In this document: positions 48,579-61,117 of the stretch, piece by piece
Position numbering within the stretch: position 1 is the first letter of the stretch
Layout: every line of letters starts with the position of its first letter
Origin: Guillardia theta CCMP2712
Lineage: Eukaryota > Protista > Cryptophyta
Assembly: GCF_000315625.1 (NCBI RefSeq)
Contig: NW_005434631.1
Span: 503,891 to 567,890, forward strand
Reading direction: 5' to 3'
Length of the DNA stretch: 64,000 nucleotides
Notes under the pieces: model-generated
Databases searched by the model: none
What the model was told of the DNA's origin: nothing
What the model saw: only the letters and a program-made list of their open reading frames with translations
Position numbers and translations under genes: made by a program

Positions 48579-49070
48579 ATGCTCATGCTGACCGGGAGGG
48601 CTGCTGCTTCACGCCACATCTTGTCCCCAAAGGCCTTGACTCTGTTTGAAGCCAACGCTGCTCGATCGTCGATTCAGCCCTTGGAGGCTCACGGTTACTG
48701 GCACAGGTTGCGCGTTAGGTCTGAGCGTGTTGCGATGCGCGGAGGACAGGAGAAAGAGAGTACCAAGGAGCGGCATGAAGCAGCCTATGAGTACACCAAC
48801 ATGTCCCTTGAGGCGAAGATCGTGAGATCAGAGAAGATGATTAAAGAGGTCGATCGAGAAATGGAAAACGCAAAGCAGTGTTTGCTCGATCCAGACATGG
48901 ATAAGCTCATACATTGGCAGACGAGAATCGAAGTGCTTCGAGCGAAAAAGAGCATGCTGCAAACAGAAAGGCTTTACCTGCTCGATGAATTCTTTGCCCA
49001 GTCTTCGCCCAAGGAGAAAACAGAGGGCTCAAGAGACCATCAGACCTGCACGTCACCTGATGAAGCCTGA
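48579..49070 (+). CDS. Hypothetical protein with short coiled coil
   Basis: ORF with LEAKIVRSEKMIKEVDREMENAK...LRAKKSMLQTERLYLL; may belong to a neighbouring gene model. Confidence 0.35.
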   Translation: MLMLTGRAAASRHILSPKALTLFEANAARSSIQPLEAHGYWHRLRVRSERVAMRGGQEKESTKERHEAAYEYTNMSLEAKIVRSEKMIKEVDREMENAKQCLLDPDMDKLIHWQTRIEVLRAKKSMLQTERLYLLDEFFAQSSPKEKTEGSRDHQTCTSPDEA

Positions 49071-49367
49071 AGGCGACGCTAGCGGTGCCGAGCACTGACG
49101 ACTGAAGGCAAGGGACGGACGAGGCGAAGACAAAGTTTGTCGACAACTTCGTCACTCAGTCACATGAAAACCAGCGTCTTCTTGGAGTGCTCAGCAACAG
49201 CACGAGAGGGAAGGCCAGCAGAAGGACGAAGAAACACTTGGAATGATGGGGATGGAATATTCAACAAGGACAGCACTCAATCTCGAAGCTATCACATGAA
49301 ACACGAGTCATCTTCTATCCCATACAGCCTGATACACTTCCATAACCTCCTCCTCCTTCCCGTCCTG

Positions 49368-50510
49368 GTCGCTGCTGCTAGCACCCCCGTACACCTCTCA
49401 CCACCACCAGTACACCAGCACGTCGCTGCTGCTAGCACCCCCGTACACCTCTCACCACCACCAGTACACCAGCACGTCGCTGCTGCTAGCACACCCGTAC
49501 ACCTCTCACCACCACCAGTACACCAGCACGTCGCTGCTGCCAGCACACCCGTACACCTCTCACCACCACCAGTACACCAGCACGTCGCTGCTGCTAGCAC
49601 ACCCGTACACCTCTCACCACCACCAGTACACCAGCACGTCGCTGCTGCTAGCACCCCCGTACACCTCTCACCACCACCAGTACACCAGCACGAGTCGCTG
49701 CTGCTAGCTAGCACCCCCGTACACCTCTCACCACCACCAGTACACCAGCACGAGTCGCTGCTGCTAGCACCCCCGTACACCTCTCACCACCACCAGTACA
49801 CCAGCACGAGTCGCTGCTGCTAGCACCCCCGTACACCTCTCACCACCACCAGTACACCAGCACGTCGCTGCTGCCAGCACACCCGTACACCTCTCACCAG
49901 TACACCAGCACGTCGCTGCTGCTAGCACACCCGTACACCTCTCACCACCACCAGTACACCAGCACGAGTCGCTGCTGCTAGCACCCCCGTACACCTCTCA
50001 CCACCACCAGTACACCAGCACGAGTCGCTGCTGCTAGCTAGCACCCCCGTACACCTCTCACCACCACCAGTACACCAGCACGAGTCGCTGCTGCTAGCAC
50101 CCCCGTACACCTCTCACCACCACCAGTACACCAGCACGAGTCGCTGCTGCTAGCACCCCCGTACACCTCTCACCACCACCAGTACACCAGCACGTCGCTG
50201 CTGCCAGCACACCCGTACACCTCTCACCACCACCAGTACACCAGCACGTCGCTGCTGCTAGCACCCCCGTACACCTCTCACCACCACCAGTACACCAGCA
50301 CGAGTCGCTGCTGCCAGCACACCCGTACACCTCTCACCACCACCAGTACACCAGCACGTCTCGCTGCTGCTAGCACACCCGTACACCTCTCACCACCACC
50401 AGTACACCAGCACGTCGCTGCTGCCAGCACACCCGTACACCTCTCACCACCACCAGTACACCAGCACGTCTCGCTGCTGCTAGCTAGCACACCCGTACAC
50501 CTCTCACCAC
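49368..50510. repeat. ~54-bp minisatellite, ~21 copies (GTCGCTGCTGCTAGCACCCCCGTACACCTCTCACCACCACCAGTACACCAGCAC)
   Basis: Near-identical tandem units with +2 (GA or TC), +4 (TAGC) and -6 variants. Confidence 0.95.
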
Positions 50511-51819
50511 GACTAGTCTTGACTTGTCGGATCGGCGTGAACTCTGTCAACTCGTTCCACGACAAGTAAGACGCTACTACAGATTGTAACGGAACCCGAC
50601 GGTTACCCAACGGATTGGTTTTGGATGTTGCTTTTTGACGTCGGGTCAACGGATAAAAATGCTGGCGTTGCCAGTGATGTCGACCGACGTCAGAGGGGAG
50701 GAGGAGATCCCGTGAGGGAAAGAAGCCAAGTGAGAAGAAGGGGAAGAAGGACGGTAGAGGCAAGTGAGAAGAAGGGGAAGAAGGACGGTAGAGGCAAGTG
50801 AGAAGGATGGAAGAGGTAGAAGACAGGGAGCTTCGAGGTTGAAATGGACCTCAAGGGAGAAATCAGCCATGTGAAGAGAGAGAAATAAATTAAACTCTCT
50901 AGCGCAGCCATCTCCATATCTGAGCTCTCTGCTCCTTCTCTCTGTTTGGATGCGTGTGCAGAGAACTCTCCCATACTTCGATTGCATCTCACGTTGCATA
51001 ACATTACTAAGATGAGTGCAATCCACATCGTGATGATGTAACATGGTGACATGCGAGGAGGGTAGCTGATGCTGTGCATTGCGCAGGTTGATACAGAAAC
51101 AAACACCGTCAGAGCATCAAAACTTTACCAAGATGGAGGACGCGGCTAGCAGCAAAAATCCTCTCAACCAGATGAGGAACTGGGAGGCAGTAGTGAGCAT
51201 CCATGACGACCTGCGCTCCTCCTCCAGCCTCTCACACGCCATGTCAGATCATGAAGGAGAACGCCGTCATGAGAGAGTGGGAAGGGTCCTGGGGATTCAT
51301 GCGGTCGGCGCCTCAGGTACGCAACGACGCGAGGAGTTTTCAGCTCGTGACGCTTGCATGGCGGCAGAAAGAACGCTTGTTCGAGGTGGGAACCTGCAAG
51401 TACTACTCCAAGGGACTCGACGGCACCTGCCAGGCTACGCTCCGCCACAAGCGAATCCCCATCCTAGCACGTGCCTCCTCCGAGCTAGAGGACAAGGAGA
51501 AGGCGTTGTTGGAGACTAAGATCTGCAAGCAGCGGGAGGGTCCGGAGATGACAAGCTCGCAAGCTTACGGTGCCTGCTGTTGCTGTTCCTCCTCGGCGTG
51601 ACCCGTTAGCAGGGGCAAGAAAGAATATCGAGTTGTTTGGAATTTCTGATTTCGGGAGAGGAAAATTGAGCCTCCTCGTGGGAGGGAAGGTCAGCTTGTT
51701 GATTTCTGTCGTGCAGTCAACAGGAGCTGATCTTACTGTCAGAGCATGACCAAAGGCTTCCGATACATCTGATCTTCAATCTCCTGCTTAACAGCACTCT
51801 CTCGCTCTTTTCCCGTCCT

Positions 51820-53337
51820 TCAAAGTACATGAACATCACCTTCAAAAGTCTGCAAGGCCTTTGTTGTTTGCCCGTCCTCTCCGCTAAAAATCACGTCGTT
51901 CCAGTAATCATGCGCTCCACCGAAGTGAAGCGGATCAAACTTGAGGCCACTTCCGTCTTCCTCCTCTTCTTCGTCGTCAGAGCTGCTCTGAGTCTCAGCA
52001 CACCGAGCGAGGACCATCAGCACAGCATCACCTCTCGATGTAGTTGAAATCCGAAGACTTCTTGGAAGATGCTCGAGACAGCATGCTCTGGATGTCTTTA
52101 TCCTTTCGCTTGACGGCGAAGGACATTGGAAGGCTTCCCCACCTGTCCTTCCTCAAGGGATCTGCTCCGTGTCTCAGCAGAAGCTCCACCTGTTTATGAA
52201 CCATCAATAGACATCCCCGCCAACAACCCCTGGTAGCCTCCCCGCCCCTCCGCCCACGCCCCGAATTCAAACTCCTCTTTTCCCGTCTCTCTCTTCCATT
52301 CCCCCTTTCCTGTCTCTTCTCATGTCTTGTCCTGTCCTCTCCCAGCATCGCATACCATTTCACGCTGTCCTGTTCTCACAGCAGTGAGCAAGGGTGTGGC
52401 TTCGGCGTAGTCAACGATGCTGATGTTACAGCCCAACGAGATCATCTCTTCTACCAATCGAACATGCCCAGCAAGCTACAATAAAGGTCAGCAGCAGCCC
52501 CTCTACCCCCGCCTGCTATCCCTTTCCCTTCCAAACCCCGCCTCTGCACTTCTGTCCTATTGCTCCTCCTCTCCCCTTTGCTCCCTGGCTTGCTCTCCTT
52601 TCTTGCACTTTCACCTCCCTCAAACCCTCTTGACCTACCACTGCTCGATGCACAGGGGTCCGTTGGAGGGAGTCGAAGGAGTTCATGGGTGTGCCCGACT
52701 GCAGGAGCAGGCGGATAATCGCTAAATTTCCTTGGTCTGCCGCGAGATGCAGCACATTGGTTCCGAACGTAGCTCTGGCAAGGGGAAAGCACGTCTCAGA
52801 GCATGGCGAGATCGGAACAGGATTATCACTTCAGCGCTCCTGACGCTCCTGACGCTACGAGCATGCGAGCAACTGATACGGTAGGGCAGAGCTCGGAGGA
52901 AGGAATGGAATGTATCATCTCGGCCTGGCAGTAGGTCATGCAAAGGCATCGCTCCATCCCGCATGGCTGCCAAGGACGCAAAGCAACGTAGTGCAATGCC
53001 GTCAAGTTCCTGTCGTTAGGGTTGCGAGACCTGACGCTCGCCCCTTTGCTGATTGCTTCCTCCGCGCCGGAAAGATTCAATTCCCGGCAGGCCTCCCACA
53101 GTAGTTGATCCGCGTCTCTCACGGGAGTTGCGCCTGCACCTTATGATGTAGCTCAACGAGGCGACGAGTCATCGAGACTTTACCTGCCCCATTGCTCTGC
53201 TGAGGACCTCCGCTGCTCCCTCCCCTCAAGTTCGCTGGGTCGGCCCGCCAGCAGCAGTGGGTGACAGTTCCATGCGGGGAAGCGGCTTGGATTGCGACAA
53301 ACAGAAAAGCGATTGCATAATCCTTCTTTGCTCCCAT
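51820..53337 (-). CDS. Ankyrin-repeat protein with N-terminal hydrophobic leader and acidic tail, multi-exon
   Basis: LLWEAC..GASV..NLTALHYVA, MLHLAADQGNLAIIRLLLQSG, RTPVHRAV, ATPLLTAV, ELLLRHGADP..DRWGSLP. Confidence 0.8.
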
Positions 53338-54030
53338 ACTTCGACCGATCTTGATAATTCAGACCCGCGTTGTCTACTGGACCTTTCACGAAGATCTATA
53401 ACGTTGTGTAGTCTAGCAACACGATCATGACTCGACGATTACGAGCAAGATATTCTAAGGAAGACATATTTGAGTCAGAACATCAAGACAGCATTGATGC
53501 ATACATGACCTCCCTCCCTCTCCCTCCCTTCCTCCTCTTCTCCTCGGTTCCCTCCCTTCTCCTTCGCTGCCCTGCCCTCCTCCTCTCTTTCCCTCCTTCA
53601 CCTCTCCTCCTCCCCCCTCCTCTCCCCAAACTTCTCTTCTCCACCCTCTCCGTCTCCTCTCTCTCCGTCTCCTCCCTCTTTCTCTCCTCCCTCTCCGTCT
53701 CCTCCCTCTCCCTCCCTTCCCTTCCTCTTCCGCTCCCTCCATGTCGTTCCTATCGGGCGTAATGCAGAGGGGGTTCAAAGGAAGGGGGCCCAAAGTACCG
53801 GTCTTACAGCCCACATGCAAAGGGGTAGGGGTACGAACAAAAAGAATCCAAGTACCGGGTGCTACGAAGGGCAAAGAGGGGGTAGAGGTGATCAACTGAG
53901 ATACCAAGAAGGGCCACGAGGGGGTAGGGTGGTGAAATTTAGCAGGTTGGGGTGCTGAGAAGGGGTGGGGAGGGGTAGGGTACTTTGGTTGAGGTCGGTG
54001 GGGTAGTGGGGTACGAAAGCGCAGGGAACA

Positions 54031-55889
54031 ATGGCGAAAGTTTTGAGCTTGTTTGTCCTGATGATGGCGGCGATAGCGATGTGCGAAGGTCGACGAGGAC
54101 ATGGTGACAGGGGAACCCATGAAGACTTCGCCAAGGACAAGAAGTCTCATGGCTGCAACCATGGATGGAGCTCGGGATGGGGCAAGGGTTGGGACTGTTG
54201 CGGTGGAGCGTGGGGGAGCCGACAAAGTGGCTGCGGGACAGGATGGAGCTTTTTTGATGGCATGGGACTGGATGGAAACGTGATTAGACATGCAACCGAC
54301 AAGGTGAGAGGATGGGTGCATGCTGTGCTCTCCAGGACAAGCCCGTCCTCGAGCTCGTTGGCTGACGAGCTGTTTGTCTGGCCTTGCTGATTGCTGGGTT
54401 CCAGGTTCGAGAGCTCAAGTCGAGCATGAAGCACATGGTGGAATCGATGCACACGGTCGATATAACGCCCCTCTGCCCCCATCTGAAGAAGAAGAATGAC
54501 GAGCTGGAAGAACTGCTGCACGACTGTGAACTCAAGGTCAGAGCAACAATCGGCGGCACCCCAGAGCTCACAGGTTTCTTCCTTTACAGGTCTCAAAGAA
54601 TCGTCTCAAGGAAGAATCGAAGCGGGAGGAAACAGAGCAGAGCTGCCGAAGGAGAATCAACGAGCTCGAGGAGAAGGTTTCTGAAAGATGCTGTGTAACG
54701 GGCCGTGGATGACATCGTTTCAGGTGGAAAGGGCCAAGGACAGGGGACACAACAAGAAAGACAGGCTGAGAGATGCGCTGAGCGAGAACAAGATCCTTAG
54801 AGCAAGACTTGATGCATGCTCGGAGCAGATGGTTGACTTCACTGCCAAGCTGAGGGATGCGGAGAGCAGGTTGATGGCTGCGAACGAGCTGCTGAGGAAG
54901 GCGAAGGGAGGAGGTGCAATTCAGTCTGTTCCCGACAACGAGGTGGAGCAGACATTGAGTTCAAAACCTGTTCTTGTCGATGTAAAGATTGCCCGTGTCT
55001 CGAGCGAAGGCCTGACCCCCGACGAGCCTCCGTCCGAGAATGCAGCTCCCTCCGACATCGGACAAGTGAAAACGGTACGTTGAACACGCAGAGGAAGTCT
55101 TGGAGTTCATGTCGATTTTTTCAGATGAGCAACGTGAAGGAGAGCATGCTTGATGTCTGGCTGCTCCTAGTGTGCTTGATCTTGAGCGGTGTCTTCTGCA
55201 GCATGCCGTCGGAGCATGAAGAGCAACCGGCTATCGCATGTGAACGTGAAGGTCAGGAAAGAGATGGAGAGCAGGACGAGGCCAAGGAAGAGGGTCAGGC
55301 TGTGGATCAAGATGAGGACAAGCAGGAAGAGGAAGAGCTATCGGAGAAGCGACATGAAAGAAGGGAGAGTGGACCCACGAACGATGAGGAGGCCGATGAC
55401 CTCGACGCTGATGACGACCCGGAGGACTTTGCAAGATCTTCTTTGGTAGAGCCGAAGCCCTCTGCTGTAACGGGAGAGCGACGCGATGCTGAGGGAGACG
55501 ACATCTTGCAGTCAGATGGAGCAGCTAGGAGGGGAAGCTGTGCCGATGAACCGGAACATGTTGAGATGGTAGCCCAGGAGGGACAAGGTCAAGTTCAACA
55601 CGATGGAGAAGAAAGCATTGCAGCAGGTGAATGGCAGGCGGGAGAGGGAGAAAAGGCAAGAGAAGGAGGACGAGCATCGACAGGGGAACAGGGAGGAGCA
55701 AAAGAGGAAGGTGATCAACAGAAGAGCACAGATTTGGCCAACGGAGAGCAGAATAGCGATGGTCAGACGACCAAGGGGGGGGATGATTTCGGCAAGGGAG
55801 CAGGAGCAGAAGCAGAAGCGAATTCCTTCCGCGAAGTTGAAGATTTTTCTGCCCGACATGATGTCATGACGGGTGGACGTGAAAGATAA
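54031..55889 (+). CDS. Signal-peptide-bearing coiled-coil protein with internal TM segment and acidic C-terminus, multi-exon
   Basis: MAKVLSLFVLMMAAIAMCEG signal; Gly/Trp/Cys-rich N-terminus; coiled-coil exons; GTACGT...TTTCAG intron near 55075-55124 leads to WLLLVCLILSGVFC and an acidic tail. Confidence 0.6.
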
Positions 55890-56104
55890 CGCTGACGGGG
55901 AGGAGGAGGAGGAGGAGGAGGAGGAGGAGGAGGAGGAGGAGGAGGAGGAGGAGGAGGAGGAGGAATGGGAGCTGATCGAGCGCCCGACGCATCTCGAGAG
56001 TGAAAACTTTCACATGCCACATTAACATCACCAACAATGAGCGGTGAATGAGTTTGAATCTGGAAAAAATAATATCTATCTTGAACCTGGCCAAGCAATC
56101 AGAG

Positions 56105-57771
56105 TCAAACATGCGCCAAACAACATGACAAGTCAAAACCTTGAAATGACTGCACCACCAAAGTCCCGTTGAGAGCTATGATAATGAGCGCGACCAGCCA
56201 TGCGATGACTTGTGTGACCTTCGAGTTCGCGTACTCGCCCATCAGCTGCTTGTTGCCAGTGAACATGACGAGCGGAACCACGGCGAAGGGCAGCTGCAGG
56301 GAGAGAACGATCTGAAAAACTCAACTTCAGTGTTTTCCTTCCTCCTCCTCTCCCCCCTCTCCCTCCTGACCTGGCTGATGATCAACAAGTTGTTCACTCC
56401 TCCATCGCCCGTCGCGAGCAGCATAATGAGCGCCGGCAGGATGGCAACTAGACGAGTCCCAATCCTCAAGATGTAGCCCTTGACCTTCTTGTTCAAGAAT
56501 CCCTCCATCACCACTTGCCCCGCAAGCGTCCCCGTGATCGTACTTTGTTGTCCGCTTGCAAGCAAAGCGCATCCGAAGAGGATGGAGGACAGCTTCGAGC
56601 CCAGCACGCGAGACAGCAGCTCCGACGCCTGCCCAATGTCGGCCACGTCGTTGTGCCCCGACCGGTAGAAGGTCGCCGCCGACACGACGAGGATGGCGGC
56701 GTTGACGAAGAAGGCGAGGACGAGAGACAGGTTGCAGTCCATGGTGGAGTACAGGACGGCCTTGGCGATGGCAGAAGACGATTTTGACTTGTCTCGCACC
56801 TGCACGAGGCTGCTGTGCAGGTACAGATTCTGCGGCATCACCGTCGCTCCAAGGATGCCGACGCCGACGAAGAGCATGCCAGGGTTGGTGATGAGGCTCG
56901 CCGACGGCACGAAACATCCCTTGAGCATCTCGATTCCGTCGGGGCGGGCGAAGGCAAGCTCGACAGCGAAGCAGACGCAGATGGTGGTGATCATGGCGAC
57001 GATGAGGACCTCGATGATACGCATGCGGTTCTCCCCTATGACGAGGAGGACAAGGACGTCGAAGGCGGTGATGACGACTCCCCATATGAGGGGGATCCCG
57101 AAGAGAAGGTTGAACGCGATCGCTGACCCGATCACCTCCGCAAGGTCGCACGCACAGACGGCAAGTTGGGCCGTGACCCACAGGAACCTGTAGGTCCACT
57201 TGGAGTATCTCAGCCGACAAGCCTACAAGGCGTGCAGTCAGCAAATGTGACGGTACAGATGAAAAGGAGGAAGACGAGGACGAGGGAGAGAGAACAATGG
57301 AACCTGAGCCAAGTCAAGCTTCGTCACCAGTCCCAACCTCAACGAGAGCGTCTGCACAAACATGGCGATGATCGAAGACAGCAAGACAACAAACAAGAGC
57401 TGGTAGTTGTACGCTGACCCTGCTTGCAGATCTGTCGCCCAGTTCCCGGGATCCATGTAGCCAACAGCGACAAGGGCACCGGACCCGACGTAAGGCTTCA
57501 CCCTCGACCAGCATCCCTCTTGCTTCACCAGGGACATGTCATGCTCACATCCTAGCAGATCTGAATGTGAAGTCTCGCTGACCTCCGTTTCTCGAGTCGA
57601 GAACTGAGTTGAGGTGGGAGCGGGTCCGTCCTTTCCCCCCTCGACCTCCCTCATGATGCTGGTCAGGTCGTCCAACTCCATCTTCGGGGACACCACCCGC
57701 AGCGCCAGCACCACGTCCTGGTTGTCCACCGCCGAACTGAGCTCCACGCCAGATCGATCGATCTCGATCAT
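56105..57771 (-). CDS. mntH: NRAMP/MntH divalent metal (Mn2+/Fe2+) transporter, multi-exon
   Basis: GALVAVGYMDPGNWATDLQAGS, DLAEVIGSAIA, GILGATVMPQNLYLHS, LLASGQQSTITGTLAGQVVMEGFL, SQ|IVLSLQLPFAVVPL. 3' end approximate. Confidence 0.93.
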
Positions 57772-58673
57772 GGCGTTTGAGCTGGGGCTGCGGACAACAA
57801 TGGCATGTCATGACTGGTGGAATAAGCATCTCTTTTGTCTTTGCGAGGATGTCACCTCAGCGATCTCATCGAGGTTTTGGTTCTCGTTCTACCTTCCTCT
57901 GTCTCCTCCTCCTGCCTTGTTCCATCATCTCCCCAGGCCTAAAGCGCTTGCTTTCACTAGCTATGCAAACTCGAGAGAAATTGCATCCTCAACAAACACA
58001 ACTCACGCGTGCTGGGTTGGGATATCTGCTGCAAGGTATCTTTCCTCAAACTTCACTCCTCTACCTCCATATCAGTTGACGTTCTTCTCCTCTCATACAT
58101 CTCTACTCTACTTGCACCACAATCCAGAAAGTTCTGTTTCCTGTTGCTCCCTTTACCAGGGCTCGCTCCCGTCTCCATCCTACCAGCTCCTCAGCGATGA
58201 TCTGCATTTCTACCTGAGACCTTCTCCTTATTCTTCAGTGCCAGGAAGTCATCTCACCCCTCTTCCTTCAATCTCCACAGAACCTCAAACAGGCCAACCC
58301 CCGCCAGCCTCCCTCCCTCCCTCCCTCCCTCCCTCCCTCCCTCCCTCCCTTTCTCAAACCTCTCCTATCCATCTCTGTCTCGTCCCTCAATGTAAGTCTC
58401 TTCCTCCTCCTCCTCCTCCTCCTCCTCCTCCTCCTCCTCCTCCACACTTCGTGTGATGCCCTCATCATACTGACCCATTTTCACCCTTATCCACCTGAAC
58501 TACCCTACCCCAACATTTATGAGTCTCCAAACAATCACCCCCATAATCACCCCTCCAATTTCCCAGAAATTCACCCCTCTTTTGACCTAAAACCTACCCA
58601 CCCCGTTGTGTCCATGTCGCTTGCTTGTAGGATAGTCACTTGTGTATGAGGGGGATGAGAATTTGTCTTTTTG

Positions 58674-60600
58674 GATGAGCGGGGACGAGGGACACGACGG
58701 GTCAAGGCCGGTGGGCCACCAGCTGTGCAGGATGCAGTCGGCGCGAGCGCTATGGGCGTCCATAGAGACGATGAGAGGAGGAGGAGGAGGAGGAGGAGGC
58801 GAGGGAGGAGGAGGAGGAGGCGAGATACAGAGCGGAGGAGAGCATGGAAGAGGGGCGCAGGAAGAAGGCGTGGAAGGGCAGGGACTTCGAGAAGACGAGG
58901 AGGGGACTGGGAAGGAGAGAGAAAGGCTCGAAGCAGAGGTTGAGAACGGAGATGGTGAACTTGTACGTCACATAGGGAGCAACGGTGACGGGGAGGGAGG
59001 GGGAAGGCAGCTGTCTGAAAGATCCCCCATGAAAGAACCAGGGCCGAACACAATGGCTTCTGGCGAGAGCCCAAAGTCACCGCGGACAGTCAAAGACACG
59101 TCGGGCATATCGTACGTGATGAAGAAGCAGCAGGAGAAGGCTGCTCTGAGGAAACGATTGGAGAGCGTGGAGGCAGAGCTGAACGAAGCTAAGGGGAAGA
59201 ACCAAACCATCCTCCTGGAGATGGAGAAACTTCGAAACCGACTGCAAGCTCGGCACACCGTCCGCGAGTCCTCCGCCAACCAGATAGAGAGTTTGAATGC
59301 CGAGGTCGTCCGGCAGGAGGTCTGTGCTGCTTGCCTTGTCCTCCCAGACGTTGATGAGCTTGTTAGCAAGAGATCAGGGAGCTGCGGAGAAGAAACGAGC
59401 ATCTTGACGCACGATTGCGACAGGTGCTGGAGAAGAGTCAGCAGGTAGGGAGATCCTTCAGATAGCTTCCATGCTGCGAGCTTGACCTTGGAGGGGACAG
59501 GACGCAAGGCTCCTTGTCGAAGCGCGGGATGAGTTGGAATGGTGGAAGCGAATGGACGGGGAAAGGGAGGCGGTGCTGAAGGAGCGGGAGGAGGCAGTGA
59601 AGAAGCAAGCGGTGCTGCAGCAGGCGGAGCTGATCCGAGACAAGGAGAGCGTAGCTGTCTCCCTCTCGAAGCTGCGGACCATGCAGGATTACCTGGTGGT
59701 GAGGGAGCACAGGGTGAAGAATTTCTTCGAGAGCTTTCGAGCGAGAGGTCGCACTACCTGTCCTTTTCCTCTTCGGCCTCTTAGCACCTCTGCAGTCATC
59801 TGGCATCGACCTATCCTGAGAATGTGGGCGGAGCTGGCGAAGCTGAAGAGGGTGAGGAGGAGGAAGAGGAGGGGGGGAGGGGGAAGGGGGGAGTGGAAGG
59901 CGGTGGTATCGATGAAGGAGAGGGGCAGGAGGAGGAGGAGGAGGAGGAGAATCTGCTTGAGATGTGAAATTTCGATGCATATACAGCGAGTTCGTCTGTT
60001 TCGAAAGAGGACGCTGGTGACTACCAGAAGTCGCCATGTTCGATTATGCTTTCATCGATGGTCTCCACTACCATCCTCCTGTCTTGTGCTCACTTCGTCT
60101 CCCCACTACCTAGGCAGCTCTCCTGCCCCTCTGCTTTTCCCCTGTCAGACGATTGCCTCTTCCTCTCCTCCTTCTTCCTCCTCTCTCCCCTCCTCTCCCC
60201 CTGTCTCCGTCCTCATTCCTCCTCCTCCNNNNNNNNNNNNNNNNNNNNNNNNNNNNNNNNNNNNNNNNNNNNNNNNNNNNNNNNNNNNNNNNNNNNNNNN
60301 NNNNNNNNNNNNNNNNNNNNNNNNNNNNCTCCTCCCTCCTACCTCCTTTCTTACTCCTCCTCCTACTCCTCCTCCTCTTTCGCTCGCTTCTTCTGTGCCT
60401 TGGTCTTATCTTCATCCTCCCCCTCTCGTGCTCGCTCTCTCACTTGCCTTCTTGCTCTCACCTTCCTCACATCCCATGACCTCCTTTACAGCCAGAAGCA
60501 GCAGACGCAAGGGAGGCATGCTCGACCAGGAAGATGAAGAAAAGCGATCCGATCAAGTCCAGATGACAAGAGTTCAGAGGCGAGGAGGAAGCTGGAGCAG
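58674..60600 (+). CDS. Multi-exon coiled-coil hypothetical protein
   Basis: KAALRKRLESVEAELNEAKGKNQTILLEMEKLRNRLQ and EREAVLKEREEAVKKQ exons. 3' end obscured by a gap. Confidence 0.45.
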
Positions 60601-61117
60601 GGAGAGGCAGAGGACGGGGGAAGGAGACAAGTCGAGGCGGGGGGCGGGGGGAGGAGGGAGAGGGCAGGGGAGGGCAGCACGAGGGAGGGAGAGGAGAGAA
60701 TGTAAATAATTGTAGATGAAGGGGAAGTAGAAGGAATCGCAACGAGTCATTTCAGCTTTACTGTCGAGAAGTTTTGTATCGCAAACAGGGAGGGATAATT
60801 GCATGTGACCTTGTCACACATACGAAGATGAAGATGAGGAGGACGGCAAGTTACTGGGAGCTTGCGAGAGCTTCACGCTGGAGCACACAGACGAGTCAGA
60901 TATCGTCCTCTCCACCGCACTCCTCCCCCGCACTCCTCCCCCTCCCTTTCTTCATCCCTACATCTCATCCTCCTCCTCTTCCCTCCTCTCCCCGTTCCTC
61001 TCCTCCTCCTCTCATTCCTTCGCCCCCCCTCCCCCCTCCCTTCCCCTCACCTGGCTTACGATCGCCTCCAACACAGCTTTGCGGCTCTTGGCGCTCAACT
61101 TGCTCTCAGCCCACTTC

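Noticed and set aside
49137-50763. Cys/Trp-rich or Pro/His-rich repeat proteins; CRISPR array
   Set aside because: These are translations of a 54-bp minisatellite with frame-breaking variants and no spacers.
51079-51601. Short ORFs between the minisatellite and the second ankyrin gene
   Set aside because: Possibly exons of a hypothetical gene, but no consistent model or motif could be built.
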